This document shows positions 49,695-58,808 of a stretch of 64,000 nt of DNA, in pieces. The number at the start of each line of letters is the position of its first letter. Position 1 is the stretch's first letter. The DNA lies in the NCBI GenBank assembly GCA_001791645.1, contig MGFA01000019.1, positions 29,774 through 93,773 on the forward strand, written 5' to 3'. A program made the position numbers and the translations under genes. The notes beneath the pieces were generated by a model. That model searched no databases. It had not been told where the DNA came from and saw nothing but the letters and a program-made list of their open reading frames with translations. This stretch comes from Candidatus Uhrbacteria bacterium RIFOXYB12_FULL_58_10. Its GTDB lineage: Bacteria > Patescibacteriota > Patescibacteriia > UBA9934 > GWF2-40-263.

Positions 49695-50411
49695 GTGTAT
49701 ATGACCGGAGAACGAATGGATCGCGGCATGACGCGCGTGCCGGAAAAAAGACTCCAAGAAATCGTAGATGATTTTGGAGAAATGGAGAGACTTTGGAATC
49801 GACGGATCATTTTCATTACAAACAAACGCAAGGTGGTCGCGCACGCGGAGTGGCAGGGCAGCGACATCGTGGTCACCAAGCTGCGCCGCCCTGAAAAGAC
49901 GAAGCTTCAGGTTGGACAGGTGCTGTACGAGGGATATCGTCCCCCGCCGGAGCTGCCACCCCGCCCGGAAATCCGTGTGGACGGCTGGCGGCTGATCCGA
50001 AATGCCCAGTATGACTCGACGCAAGCGGCCAAACCGGATCCATTTTGGGAGGAATACGAAGGCTGGTTTTTGATCCCCGACAAAATCAACGGGGGCGATG
50101 GGCTTGAGGAATACCTCTTCGACTATCCCGAGCTCCTTGCGGGCGACACTCCCTCCTACCGGACCCTTGAACTCAAAGAATTGAACGCGGACAGCCTTCG
50201 CATGGCCGCCTTTTCCGAGGTCGACGCGTACGTGTGCGGACGGACGGAACAGGTCCCCGCCTTACTCCCGTTCGTCCCTCCGAAAACGAACGAGGTGGTT
50301 CTCTACCGTCCCAGCGTGTGCTCCTGCGGATGCGGAAATTTCGAAGGATGGCACCGATATTGGGAAAATAAATGGATTGTGTACGTTCCCCGCGCAAAAT
50401 CACCCTTATGA
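49695..50411 (+). CDS. Hypothetical protein (238 aa, C-terminal CSCGCGNFEGWHRYW) following rplA.
   Basis: Good coding bias, no motif recognised. Occupies the position where rplJ-rplL would be expected. Confidence 0.55.
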   Translation: MYMTGERMDRGMTRVPEKRLQEIVDDFGEMERLWNRRIIFITNKRKVVAHAEWQGSDIVVTKLRRPEKTKLQVGQVLYEGYRPPPELPPRPEIRVDGWRLIRNAQYDSTQAAKPDPFWEEYEGWFLIPDKINGGDGLEEYLFDYPELLAGDTPSYRTLELKELNADSLRMAAFSEVDAYVCGRTEQVPALLPFVPPKTNEVVLYRPSVCSCGCGNFEGWHRYWENKWIVYVPRAKSPL

Positions 50412-51058
50412 TCCTTTCTCGACAAGACGTCCTCGCGCAATTCGCTTCCGGCGGGATCCGGTTAACTCCGGAGCTTGACCGGTTCCAACTGCAGCCGCAT
50501 GCCATTGATCTGCGCTTGGGCTACAAGTTTTTGATCCCGCGCAACTGGACGATCGACGAAAAGGGCCGGCGCGCCATCAAGGTGTCCATCGACGACGCCG
50601 CGACGCATCCCGAACAATTCGACGAGGTCATCCTAAAGCCCGGCCAGTATTTCGAACTGCTCCCAAACGAATTTGTCATCGGCACGAGCCTCGAGCGCAT
50701 CGAGATGAACGCGCCGAACCTCATGGCTATTCTTTTTCCGCGTACCTCCACTAACCGCCGTGGCATTGACCTGTCGCTTAGCGGCATCATCGATGTCGGC
50801 TACAAAGGCAACCTCATCTTTCCGATGCAAAACGAGGCGGGAAACCAAGTGATCCGCGTCTATCCGGGAGAGCGTGTGTGCCAGGTGATCTTCGAGGAAC
50901 TCAAGACTCCGCTCACGCCAGAGGAAGCCGACCTGCACGGGGTGAGCGCCGCAAAATATTCCGAGTCCGACGGCGCGTTTAAACTCGACAAGGACGAAGA
51001 ACGCCAAGCCCTCATCACCGGCACGCTCGACGAAATGAAAAGGCGGTTCGGGATTTGA
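50408..51058 (+). CDS. dcd: dCTP deaminase.
   Basis: MILSRQDVLAQ..., dUTPase-like trimeric fold motifs (IDVGYKGNLIFPMQNEAG). ATGA overlap with the preceding gene. Confidence 0.85.
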   Translation: MILSRQDVLAQFASGGIRLTPELDRFQLQPHAIDLRLGYKFLIPRNWTIDEKGRRAIKVSIDDAATHPEQFDEVILKPGQYFELLPNEFVIGTSLERIEMNAPNLMAILFPRTSTNRRGIDLSLSGIIDVGYKGNLIFPMQNEAGNQVIRVYPGERVCQVIFEELKTPLTPEEADLHGVSAAKYSESDGAFKLDKDEERQALITGTLDEMKRRFGI

Positions 51059-51074
51059 CCCCGAGCCGCTTTTT
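51043..51074 (+). terminator. Rho-independent terminator for dcd: GCGGTTCGGG...CCCGAGCCGC followed by TTTTT.
   Basis: 10-bp stem with one G:U pair enclosing the stop codon, then a T5 tract. Confidence 0.6.
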
Positions 51075-51440
51075 GGATAAGACACTGAGCGGAGGACACA
51101 TGAAACGAACCGTCCGAGCGTCGCCGGGCCATTCGCCGGCACGCTGCCACGCTCAGCGACGAGCCTGTTCTTCCGGAACGGTTCGGCGCGACGCTAAAAT
51201 GGCAGGAGGATGCCGCGCTTGCCGAAACGGGATTCGCGAACGTTCGATCGATGAAGGCAAGCGTCAATCGATACTGGAAAAAAAATGGGAAAAGGCCGAA
51301 GGTCTCGAGATGTGATACTTCGCGCGTTTCGACGCGAGGATCGGCCGCATCCCGCCCTTTCGCCCGGCGACAATGATGCACTGGCCTATTTTTACCGTCA
51401 CACGGAAAATAGGACATGGAAAGAAACGGGCCTGCTCATC

Positions 51441-51466
51441 TTAGGCGTAATCGCCTGTTTTTTTAT
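51441..51466 (+). terminator. Plus-sense terminator-like element (AGGCG-taat-CGCCT followed by GTTTTTTT) with no annotated plus-strand gene upstream.
   Basis: Hairpin plus T7 oriented for a plus-strand transcript. Ends at the stop of the convergent minus-strand dCMP deaminase gene. Confidence 0.4.
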
Positions 51467-52182
51467 AACTGTCTCAGCACGTTCTTGAACTGGCGGCAGG
51501 CGGTGTCGTGGTCGTCGCAGACGATTTGATACACCGGCTTTTCCTCGGTCGGAAGATGGATGGTGATATCGCTTCCTTTGCAGATGGCGCGCACGTGCGC
51601 GTCTTCGTTTTCCGTCACCTCGCAGCCAAGATCTTCGATGGTCTGCTGAAGCTTGGCCGCGAGCACATCGTCGGCTCCCTCCACGCGCACGGTCTTTACG
51701 GACGGCTTGAGCGTTTCCGCGAACACGCGATCGCGATGAAACCGCTCGTGCGCGTCATCGGTGACATAGAGGTCGCGGATACCGGCGCGGATGAGCGAGT
51801 TCCAACACGGCTCGCACGCCCACCAGTGGCCATACATGTACGCGTCGGCCCCCTTGATATCGACTCCCTGCTCCGCGGCCACCTTCACGGCCATCTGTTC
51901 GGCGTGTCCGGGCGCATCGTGCAGCGTGCACAGGTCATACCCCGTGCCGCTCGGCACGTCGAGCACGATGCGCGGGCACACGTGCGGCGCGCCCGATCCG
52001 CGATTGAACCCGTTGCCAGCGGTCACAAGAACCCTGCCGTCGCGCACGATCGCGATTCCGACGGGATACTGCGGATCTCCGGCCTGCCGCTCACGCGCGC
52101 TCTTGGCCGGGATCATGCATTCATGATCGTGCGACACATACTTGAGATGGCGGTCCGACGGCATGTAGGGATAGTTGGGCAT
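51463..52182 (-). CDS. dCMP deaminase (CMP/dCMP deaminase zinc-binding fold) with an 80-aa C-terminal extension.
   Basis: HAEQMA...PCWNSL zinc ligands and GIAIVRDGRVLVTAGNG. Confidence 0.75.
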   Translation of the reverse strand: MPNYPYMPSDRHLKYVSHDHECMIPAKSARERQAGDPQYPVGIAIVRDGRVLVTAGNGFNRGSGAPHVCPRIVLDVPSGTGYDLCTLHDAPGHAEQMAVKVAAEQGVDIKGADAYMYGHWWACEPCWNSLIRAGIRDLYVTDDAHERFHRDRVFAETLKPSVKTVRVEGADDVLAAKLQQTIEDLGCEVTENEDAHVRAICKGSDITIHLPTEEKPVYQIVCDDHDTACRQFKNVLRQL

Positions 52183-52185
52183 ACG

Positions 52186-52680
52186 TTATTTCAAGAGAAG
52201 ATAATGCAAGAGAACGGAGGAATCACCAAGCTTCGTCGTTTCTAACAACTTCAGATTAATCCGAGCCCCATTGCGGAACAACGGCACGCCGTCTCCGAAC
52301 AGCACGGGCTCCACGGTCAGGAATAACTCATCCACGAGACCGACCGACAAAAATGCGTCGTAGATCGCCGCACCGCCGCAAAGCGCCATCCGCGTCACCC
52401 CCTCGCGCTCAAGCCGCGCAACGAGATCCGCGGGCGGCTCGCTCGTCCATTCGACCCCCTCGATCCCCGTCCTTGAACTCATCACGATCGTCCGTCGATC
52501 TTTCAGCGGCTTGCCGATCGTCCCAAAGGTCTTACGTCCCATGACCACCGTCCCGATCTCCTTTGTCTTCGAAATAAAAAATCGCGTGTCTTCCCTGCTC
52601 GTCCAGTCGAGCGAGGACTGTTCCGCGCTCTGAGCAATCTTTCCGTCCGCGCTTACGGCGGCGATGAGGGACACGATCAT
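52186..52680 (-). CDS. folA: Dihydrofolate reductase (RibD C-terminal-domain type).
   Basis: MIVSLIAAVSADGKIA...GRKTF...; ATGA overlap with the thyA stop. Confidence 0.7.
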   Translation of the reverse strand: MIVSLIAAVSADGKIAQSAEQSSLDWTSREDTRFFISKTKEIGTVVMGRKTFGTIGKPLKDRRTIVMSSRTGIEGVEWTSEPPADLVARLEREGVTRMALCGGAAIYDAFLSVGLVDELFLTVEPVLFGDGVPLFRNGARINLKLLETTKLGDSSVLLHYLLLK

Positions 52681-53510
52681 ATGGCGATTTGCACTTTTTT
52701 CATAGGGGTTCCGGGAACGTACTGGGATTGAAACATCTCGACGAGCTCGCTGACGAGCGTTGGGTCGGCGTCGAGCGCGCGCTGGAAGGAACGCTCCGGA
52801 AGGCGGCACTCGATCTCGGCGTGCGGCGCGACCTCCCGCGCGAGGATGTCCTCGACCGCGTCGAACTGATTCTCGTAGATATGCGCGTGCGAGATGGACA
52901 CCGTAAGCTTGCCCACTGCGGTCCCGAGTTCCTGTGCGAGCATGGCCTGCAGGAGCGCGAAGTCAGCGACGTCGTTCGGGTTGCCGAGCACCATGTCGTT
53001 TGAACGCACGACGAGATGGAGGTTGAACTTCCCGCCGATGATGTTCGCCGTCCAGGTGAACGGACATGGGACGTTTTTCTTTTTTGGCGCGCGCAGCCCG
53101 TCGGTCGCTGGGTCCCACATCACCACCACGCCCTGCCGGCTCGACGGCTCCTCGCGCAGATGCTCGACGAGATCGACCAGCTGATCCCGGCCGAAGTGGT
53201 GGCGCCAACGATAGCCATACGCGGTTTCGACCGTCCCGTCCTCTTCCAAAAAGCCGTCCCAGCCCTTGGTGAACTGCTGAAGGAAGCCTGCATGCTTGTG
53301 TCCGGCCACGAACCAAACCGTTTCCGCGCAAAAAAACTTTGGGAACATCTTTCGGACGGTAAGAAGAGGAAACCCCTGCGCCGGATGAATCTCATAGGTC
53401 ATTCCCGGAATCGCTTTGGTCGAAAACCCCGTCCGTTCGCTCCGAACAGTCTCCCCTTCCCGGTAGATCCGGCCAAGAGCGTCCAGATAGAGACGGTCAA
53501 ACATAGTCAT
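52677..53510 (-). CDS. thyA: Thymidylate synthase (ThyA type).
   Basis: ThyA motifs: catalytic Cys region VPCPFTW and RSNDMVLGNPNDVA. 277 aa. Confidence 0.85.
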   Translation of the reverse strand: MTMFDRLYLDALGRIYREGETVRSERTGFSTKAIPGMTYEIHPAQGFPLLTVRKMFPKFFCAETVWFVAGHKHAGFLQQFTKGWDGFLEEDGTVETAYGYRWRHHFGRDQLVDLVEHLREEPSSRQGVVVMWDPATDGLRAPKKKNVPCPFTWTANIIGGKFNLHLVVRSNDMVLGNPNDVADFALLQAMLAQELGTAVGKLTVSISHAHIYENQFDAVEDILAREVAPHAEIECRLPERSFQRALDADPTLVSELVEMFQSQYVPGTPMKKVQIAI

Positions 53511-53579
53511 AACTCCCTCATCCTATCAGACAACTACCCTGTTTCCAAACGTTCAATTATGGGCTAAGATGCGTTCATT

Positions 53580-54014
53580 ATGAACATCCCTGTGGATATT
53601 ACCAAGGTTCATCCGGACGCGAAAATACCCGAATACAAAACGTCCGGAGCGTGCGCGTTCGATTTGGCTCCAGTCGAGGACGCGGTCATTCAACCAGGTG
53701 AAATCAAAGGGCTGCGAAGCGGCCTGGTCATCAAGGTTCCGGAGGGATTCGTGCTTCTCATTGTCTCCCGCTCATCAACGCCTAAAAAATACAAACTGAC
53801 TATCCCCCAGGCGGTCGGGATCGTTGACAATGACTTTTGTGGGCCGACGGACGAACTGCTTCTCGTTCTCCATAACTTTGGGACGGAACCTGTCGAAATA
53901 AAAAAAGGCCGGCGTTTGTGCCAGGGACTCTTCGTTCCGGTTGCGATCGCTCAGTTTCAGGAGACAGCTGGCCATGACGCTCCGAACCGAGGCGGATGGG
54001 GATCCACCGGCTAA
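53580..54014 (+). CDS. dut: dUTP diphosphatase.
   Basis: dUTPase motifs AFDLAP, GLRSGL, GIVDNDFCG. Confidence 0.85.
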   Translation: MNIPVDITKVHPDAKIPEYKTSGACAFDLAPVEDAVIQPGEIKGLRSGLVIKVPEGFVLLIVSRSSTPKKYKLTIPQAVGIVDNDFCGPTDELLLVLHNFGTEPVEIKKGRRLCQGLFVPVAIAQFQETAGHDAPNRGGWGSTG

Positions 54015-54033
54015 ATCGTGTTATAATCGGGCT

Positions 54034-54756
54034 ATGGAACGGCCTGGACGGTTTATCATGATCGACGGGATCGCCGGCAGTGGAAAGTCCACTTTGCTTC
54101 GGGCCGCCCAGGAATGGGCGCGTTTGTGCGAACACCGCGTGTTTGACCTCGGCGCATGGTCCAAGGAACACGCCGAGCCGCCGCGCTTCGAGGAGATCGC
54201 GGACTATGACGCGTACTTTACCTTCGAGCCGACGCGACAATGGGTCGGCTCCGCGATCCGGTTCGAGATGTCACGCACGGACGCGCCGTATTCCGGAACG
54301 TCGCTCGCGCACGCCTTCGCGCTCGACCGAGAGATCATGTACAAACGTCTGATTCTGCCCGCGCTCGACGCAGGAAAAACCGTCATCCAGGATCGTGGCG
54401 TGAGCACGTCCATCGCGTACCAGCCGATCATGCAGAACGGACTCGCGCTCGAGGACCTGGTCGCGCTTCCAGGAAATGCGCTGGCGCTCAAGCATGCCCC
54501 AGGACATCTCATTCTCACCAGACTCGATCCGGCCGTAGCAATCGAGCGCGTCAAGATGCGCGACGAGGAATCCAAGGGGGTATTCGCGGATCTCGACTTT
54601 CTCCGAAGGGTGGACGAGCGCTTCCGGTCCGACTGGTTCCAGGAAATGTTCCGCACTCAAAACACGATCTTCCACGAGCTTCCGACCGACGCGCCGCTCG
54701 ATGCGACCGTGGAACGCGCCCAACGATTGATTTCAACCATTTTGACCTCTTGCTAA
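54034..54756 (+). CDS. tmk: Thymidylate kinase.
   Basis: P-loop IDGIAGSGKST and DRGVSTSIAYQ. Start at MERPGRF. Confidence 0.85.
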   Translation: MERPGRFIMIDGIAGSGKSTLLRAAQEWARLCEHRVFDLGAWSKEHAEPPRFEEIADYDAYFTFEPTRQWVGSAIRFEMSRTDAPYSGTSLAHAFALDREIMYKRLILPALDAGKTVIQDRGVSTSIAYQPIMQNGLALEDLVALPGNALALKHAPGHLILTRLDPAVAIERVKMRDEESKGVFADLDFLRRVDERFRSDWFQEMFRTQNTIFHELPTDAPLDATVERAQRLISTILTSC

Positions 54757-54758
54757 AT

Positions 54759-55625
54759 ATGCCCATCCTTACCATCGGCGAACTCATCGACCGCTCCTGG
54801 GAGCATTATCGCCGTGAGTTCGTTGATCTCATGAGCGTCTCCGGTTGGATCCTAGTCGTGGCGATCGTAAACATCATCGCGCTCGCGGCCTATCCGTCCG
54901 CGTCAACCCTGCTCGGCGACACCGCGTTAACTTCCATGGAAGCGTTCGGCGTTGGTCTCTACGCGTTCGCGAACTGGATCTTGGCGCCGCTCATCGGCCT
55001 GTGGGTTTTCATCGTGCTCGTTCGCCTGGTACGCAGCCAGCTTTCCGGACGGCGAGGAGCCGTACGCGAGGCCATGGCGGACGGCACACATCTCTTTTTT
55101 CCAACCATGCTCGTTTCCGCGCTCGTTCTCCTGATCATGGCCGGAACGGTCGTCATCGCGTTCGGACCATCGGCATTACTCTCACTTGCCGGCACGGTGA
55201 TGGGAACTGAGATACTCTTTGTGCTCGCAAGCGTCGCACTCATTATCGGCGTGATCACTGCCATCCTGCTCGGATTCCGATGGTCCGTGCGCTACTACTT
55301 CGCGCCATTTGCCCTTCTCATTGACGATATACGCGGACGATCGACGCTTCCAGCGAGCCGAGCGATTACCGAGGGACGCTTCCTCGAAGTTCTTCTGCGT
55401 CTGGTTGTCCCGAAGCTTGTCTTTATCCTGCTTGGCATCATGGCCACGGCAGTCGTAATTTTTATCTTCTCGCTTGCCACCGGCATCGTTTCCGGACTGA
55501 ACTTTGACGTCCAACTGCGGCTTTCGACCATCTCGACCACGGTCCTATCGACGATCGTCGCGACCCTGCTTAACCCCATAATCATCATCGCCGACGTCAT
55601 GCTGTACCAATCGCTCAAACGCTAG
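54759..55625 (+). CDS. Polytopic membrane protein, paralog 1 of a tandem pair.
   Basis: About 6 TM helices. The ORF-track N-terminal 170 aa (R-rich, overlapping tmk) are spurious. Confidence 0.6.
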   Translation: MPILTIGELIDRSWEHYRREFVDLMSVSGWILVVAIVNIIALAAYPSASTLLGDTALTSMEAFGVGLYAFANWILAPLIGLWVFIVLVRLVRSQLSGRRGAVREAMADGTHLFFPTMLVSALVLLIMAGTVVIAFGPSALLSLAGTVMGTEILFVLASVALIIGVITAILLGFRWSVRYYFAPFALLIDDIRGRSTLPASRAITEGRFLEVLLRLVVPKLVFILLGIMATAVVIFIFSLATGIVSGLNFDVQLRLSTISTTVLSTIVATLLNPIIIIADVMLYQSLKR

Positions 55626-55629
55626 AACT

Positions 55630-56334
55630 ATGGTACGCGCCCTAGACATCCTGCGAAATTCTTGGAGATTGTATCGTGCGAACGGGCCGTTGATCGTTGG
55701 ATACGCGGCATGGCTTCTGTTGACCGCGGCCGCGTTCGTTCTCACGAGTTTCGTCCAGCATGAGGGTGCACGACAGCTGCTCCTGCTTGCCGTCCAAATC
55801 GTCGACGTCATGCTTTGGATGTGGGTCGGGATCATGGTGACCCTGATCACGATCGACGCGAACGCGGGCAAACAACCTGGTTCCGCGCGTCTTCCAAACG
55901 ACGCGTGGACGCTCATTGTCCCATTCGCGTGGGCGACCGTCTTGCAAGGACTCGTGGTGCTCGGCGGCCTGCTGCTATTTTTGGTTCCGGGATGCATTTT
56001 CATGGTGTGGTTCGCATTCGCCCAACAGGCGGTCGTCATCGACAAAAAACGCGGTCTCGATGCCCTGACGCAAAGCCGCGCGCTCTGCCGAGGTCGGTTT
56101 TTTGCCGTAACATGGTATCTGTTCGTCGGCCCGTTCCTCGTCATGCTCGTCTACTTGCTCGTGCTCGCCATGGTCTTCGCGGCCGTGGCCGCGCTAACGG
56201 GGACGCATATCGACGTGCTGTTCGGGGACCAGCCGCCTCTCTGGATGGACATCACGGCATCCGTCGGAGAAATTTTCCTCATGCCGCTCATTTACGTGTA
56301 TTGGACCCTGACCTATCTGGAACTGAAAAAATAA
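55630..56334 (+). CDS. Polytopic membrane protein, paralog 2 of the tandem pair.
   Basis: Same architecture and similar conserved positions as 54759-55625: LDILRNSWRLYRANG against IGELIDRSWEHYRREF. Confidence 0.6.
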   Translation: MVRALDILRNSWRLYRANGPLIVGYAAWLLLTAAAFVLTSFVQHEGARQLLLLAVQIVDVMLWMWVGIMVTLITIDANAGKQPGSARLPNDAWTLIVPFAWATVLQGLVVLGGLLLFLVPGCIFMVWFAFAQQAVVIDKKRGLDALTQSRALCRGRFFAVTWYLFVGPFLVMLVYLLVLAMVFAAVAALTGTHIDVLFGDQPPLWMDITASVGEIFLMPLIYVYWTLTYLELKK

Positions 56335-56341
56335 GGATCAT

Positions 56342-57838
56342 ATGCTCGAATCCGTCATCGGACTTGAAATCCACCTGCAGTTGAAGACGAAAACAAAAAT
56401 GTTTTGCGGATGTGCCACGCATGACAGCGCGGTCACGCCAAACCAGAACGTGTGTCCCGTTTGCACGGGACAGCCGGGTTCCCTGCCCGTTCCCAACGAA
56501 CAGGCAATTCGGTTCGGCATTCGCATGGGGCTTGCCCTTCACTGCCGCATCGCGGAGGCGTCCAAGTTCGACCGAAAGAATTATTTCTATCCTGACCTCC
56601 CGAAAGGATACCAGATCTCGCAATATGACCAGCCGATCGCCTCGGACGGTTTTCTGACGCTTGGGGAAAAGCGCATCGGGATTACGCGGGCGCACCTTGA
56701 GGAGGACGCCGCGAAAAATCTGCACGGAGCCGACGGAAAAACGTACGTGGACTTCAATCGCGCCGGCACGCCCCTTCTTGAAATCGTGACGGAGCCGGAC
56801 TTTGCCTCGCCGCAAGACGCCAAGGCGTTCATGCAAGAATTGCGTCTGATCGCCCGTTACCTCGGCGTGTCTGACGCGGACATGGAAAAAGGCCATATGC
56901 GCTGTGACGCGAATATCAGCTTGCGTGAGCGCGACGCACAGGGCGGCATTGTCGGCATGGAGTTGCACCCGAAAACCGAAGTGAAAAACATTAATTCCTT
57001 CCGAAACGTCGAACGCGCCCTTCAACATGAGATCAAACGTCAAACGGAACTCTGGAACGCGGGATCTCCCCCTTCGGTCTCGACGACGCGCGGATGGGAC
57101 GACGCGACCCAAACGACCAAGGAGCAGCGCGACAAGGAAGGCGAAGGCGACTATCGGTATTTCCCGGAGCCGGACATTCCCGTCCTCGCGCTTACCGACA
57201 TGGCAGAGCGAGAACGCTCGCGCATGCCCGAACTCCCCGCCGCGAAGCGCGCACGGTTCGCGGACGAATACGGCCTTCGAGCCGAGGACGCGCGTCAAAT
57301 CTGCGACGACCCGGCACTTGCGGACTTCACGGAGAACGTCTTCTCGGAACTCCAGGCATGGCTCGAGTCACAAACCGACCTCGACGCGGAGGGCGCGATC
57401 GCGGAACGACGGCGTCTCGCCAACTTGGTGTCCGGCTGGCTGCTCTCGAAGCTTGGCGGTCTCATGGCCGAACGGACCATCGACATCCGAACCTGCAAGA
57501 TCAATCCGGAAAACTTCGCGGAATTCATTACGCTGATCGCGTCGCGCAAGTTGAATTCCTCGGCGGGACTGGTCGTACTCGGAACAATGCTCGACGACGG
57601 ATCCGATCCGTCGCATATCATGGAAGACAAGCGCCTCGGGGCCATTGAGGACGAAGGCGCGATCGCGGAAATCATCGAACGCGTGATCGAAAATAACGCC
57701 GACATGGTTGAGCGTTATCGCGGGGGAAAAACGGAATTGCTCCAGGTGCTCATCGGCCAGGCCATGAAGGAATCCGAGGGCACGGTGGACGCGAAGATCG
57801 CACGCAACATGCTGCTCGTCAGGCTCGAAAACGCGTAA
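56342..57838 (+). CDS. gatB: Asp-tRNA(Asn)/Glu-tRNA(Gln) amidotransferase subunit B.
   Basis: GLEIHLQLKTKTKMFCGC..., full-length GatB including the C-terminal YqeY domain. Confidence 0.9.
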   Translation: MLESVIGLEIHLQLKTKTKMFCGCATHDSAVTPNQNVCPVCTGQPGSLPVPNEQAIRFGIRMGLALHCRIAEASKFDRKNYFYPDLPKGYQISQYDQPIASDGFLTLGEKRIGITRAHLEEDAAKNLHGADGKTYVDFNRAGTPLLEIVTEPDFASPQDAKAFMQELRLIARYLGVSDADMEKGHMRCDANISLRERDAQGGIVGMELHPKTEVKNINSFRNVERALQHEIKRQTELWNAGSPPSVSTTRGWDDATQTTKEQRDKEGEGDYRYFPEPDIPVLALTDMAERERSRMPELPAAKRARFADEYGLRAEDARQICDDPALADFTENVFSELQAWLESQTDLDAEGAIAERRRLANLVSGWLLSKLGGLMAERTIDIRTCKINPENFAEFITLIASRKLNSSAGLVVLGTMLDDGSDPSHIMEDKRLGAIEDEGAIAEIIERVIENNADMVERYRGGKTELLQVLIGQAMKESEGTVDAKIARNMLLVRLENA

Positions 57839-58808
57839 CCAAATCGAAAGCCTCTTCCGACGACCGGATCCAACGGATCCGGTCGTCGCGTTTGAACCAG
57901 GTCATCTGGCGCTTCGCGTAGGTCCGGGTGGCCTTTTTGATTTCCTCGATGGCGTCGGCGAGCGAAATAAGCTGCATGGGGCCCTGATCCTCCGCACCCA
58001 TGCGGCTCTTAGACGCTAGCCACCGGCAAATCTGTCGGTACCCGATGCCAGTCATGGCCTCGCTCGCGCAGCCGTAGCGGTCGCGCAGCCCACGTACTTC
58101 GTTGACGAGCCCCATGGCGACCATTTCGTCGACGCGCAGATTGATCCGTTCGTTCAACGTGTCCCGCTCGACGGCGATTCCGAGTTCGAGCACGTCATAC
58201 CTTCCGTTCCCACGTTGAACCTGTTGAGAAAACGGCTTGTTCGTCGAAAGCGTCACTTCGAGGGCGCGCACCACGCGGCGCTTATTTTGCCGGTCAATGA
58301 GTTCCGCGCCGTCCGGATCGAGCCGCTTGTATTCGGCGAACAGGTCATCAGGCGAACGGGTCTCCAGTTTTGCGCGCAACTCCCTGTTTGGTGGCGTCTC
58401 GGTCAGGCTCAGGTTATCGACAACCGCGCGCACCCACAAGCCCGTGCCACCTACCAAAATGGGCAGACTGCCACGCCGCTCAATTTCCTTTATTTTCTCG
58501 TCCGCGTATTTCTTAAAATCCGCCACGTTGTACTCCATGTCCGGCTCGACAAGATCGATTCCCCAATGCGGCACGCCGTCCACCATAAGCGCCATTGGCA
58601 ATCCGTGGCCAAGCTGCCATTTTTCACCTTGCATTTTCCATTCCCCATTGGGCTTCGCCGTCCCAATGTCCATCCCCTTGTACACGAGCCGCGAGTCAAC
58701 CGAAATCACCTCGCCGTCGAACCGTTTGGCGAGATCAATGCCGAGCTGTGTCTTGCCGCTCGCCGTAGAGCCTACGACAACGACGATTTTTGTCCGTCGA
58801 GAATCCAT
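57819..58808 (-). CDS. miaA: tRNA dimethylallyltransferase.
   Basis: P-loop VVGSTASGKT and IPT family motifs. Confidence 0.9.
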   Translation of the reverse strand: MDSRRTKIVVVVGSTASGKTQLGIDLAKRFDGEVISVDSRLVYKGMDIGTAKPNGEWKMQGEKWQLGHGLPMALMVDGVPHWGIDLVEPDMEYNVADFKKYADEKIKEIERRGSLPILVGGTGLWVRAVVDNLSLTETPPNRELRAKLETRSPDDLFAEYKRLDPDGAELIDRQNKRRVVRALEVTLSTNKPFSQQVQRGNGRYDVLELGIAVERDTLNERINLRVDEMVAMGLVNEVRGLRDRYGCASEAMTGIGYRQICRWLASKSRMGAEDQGPMQLISLADAIEEIKKATRTYAKRQMTWFKRDDRIRWIRSSEEAFDLVTRFRA

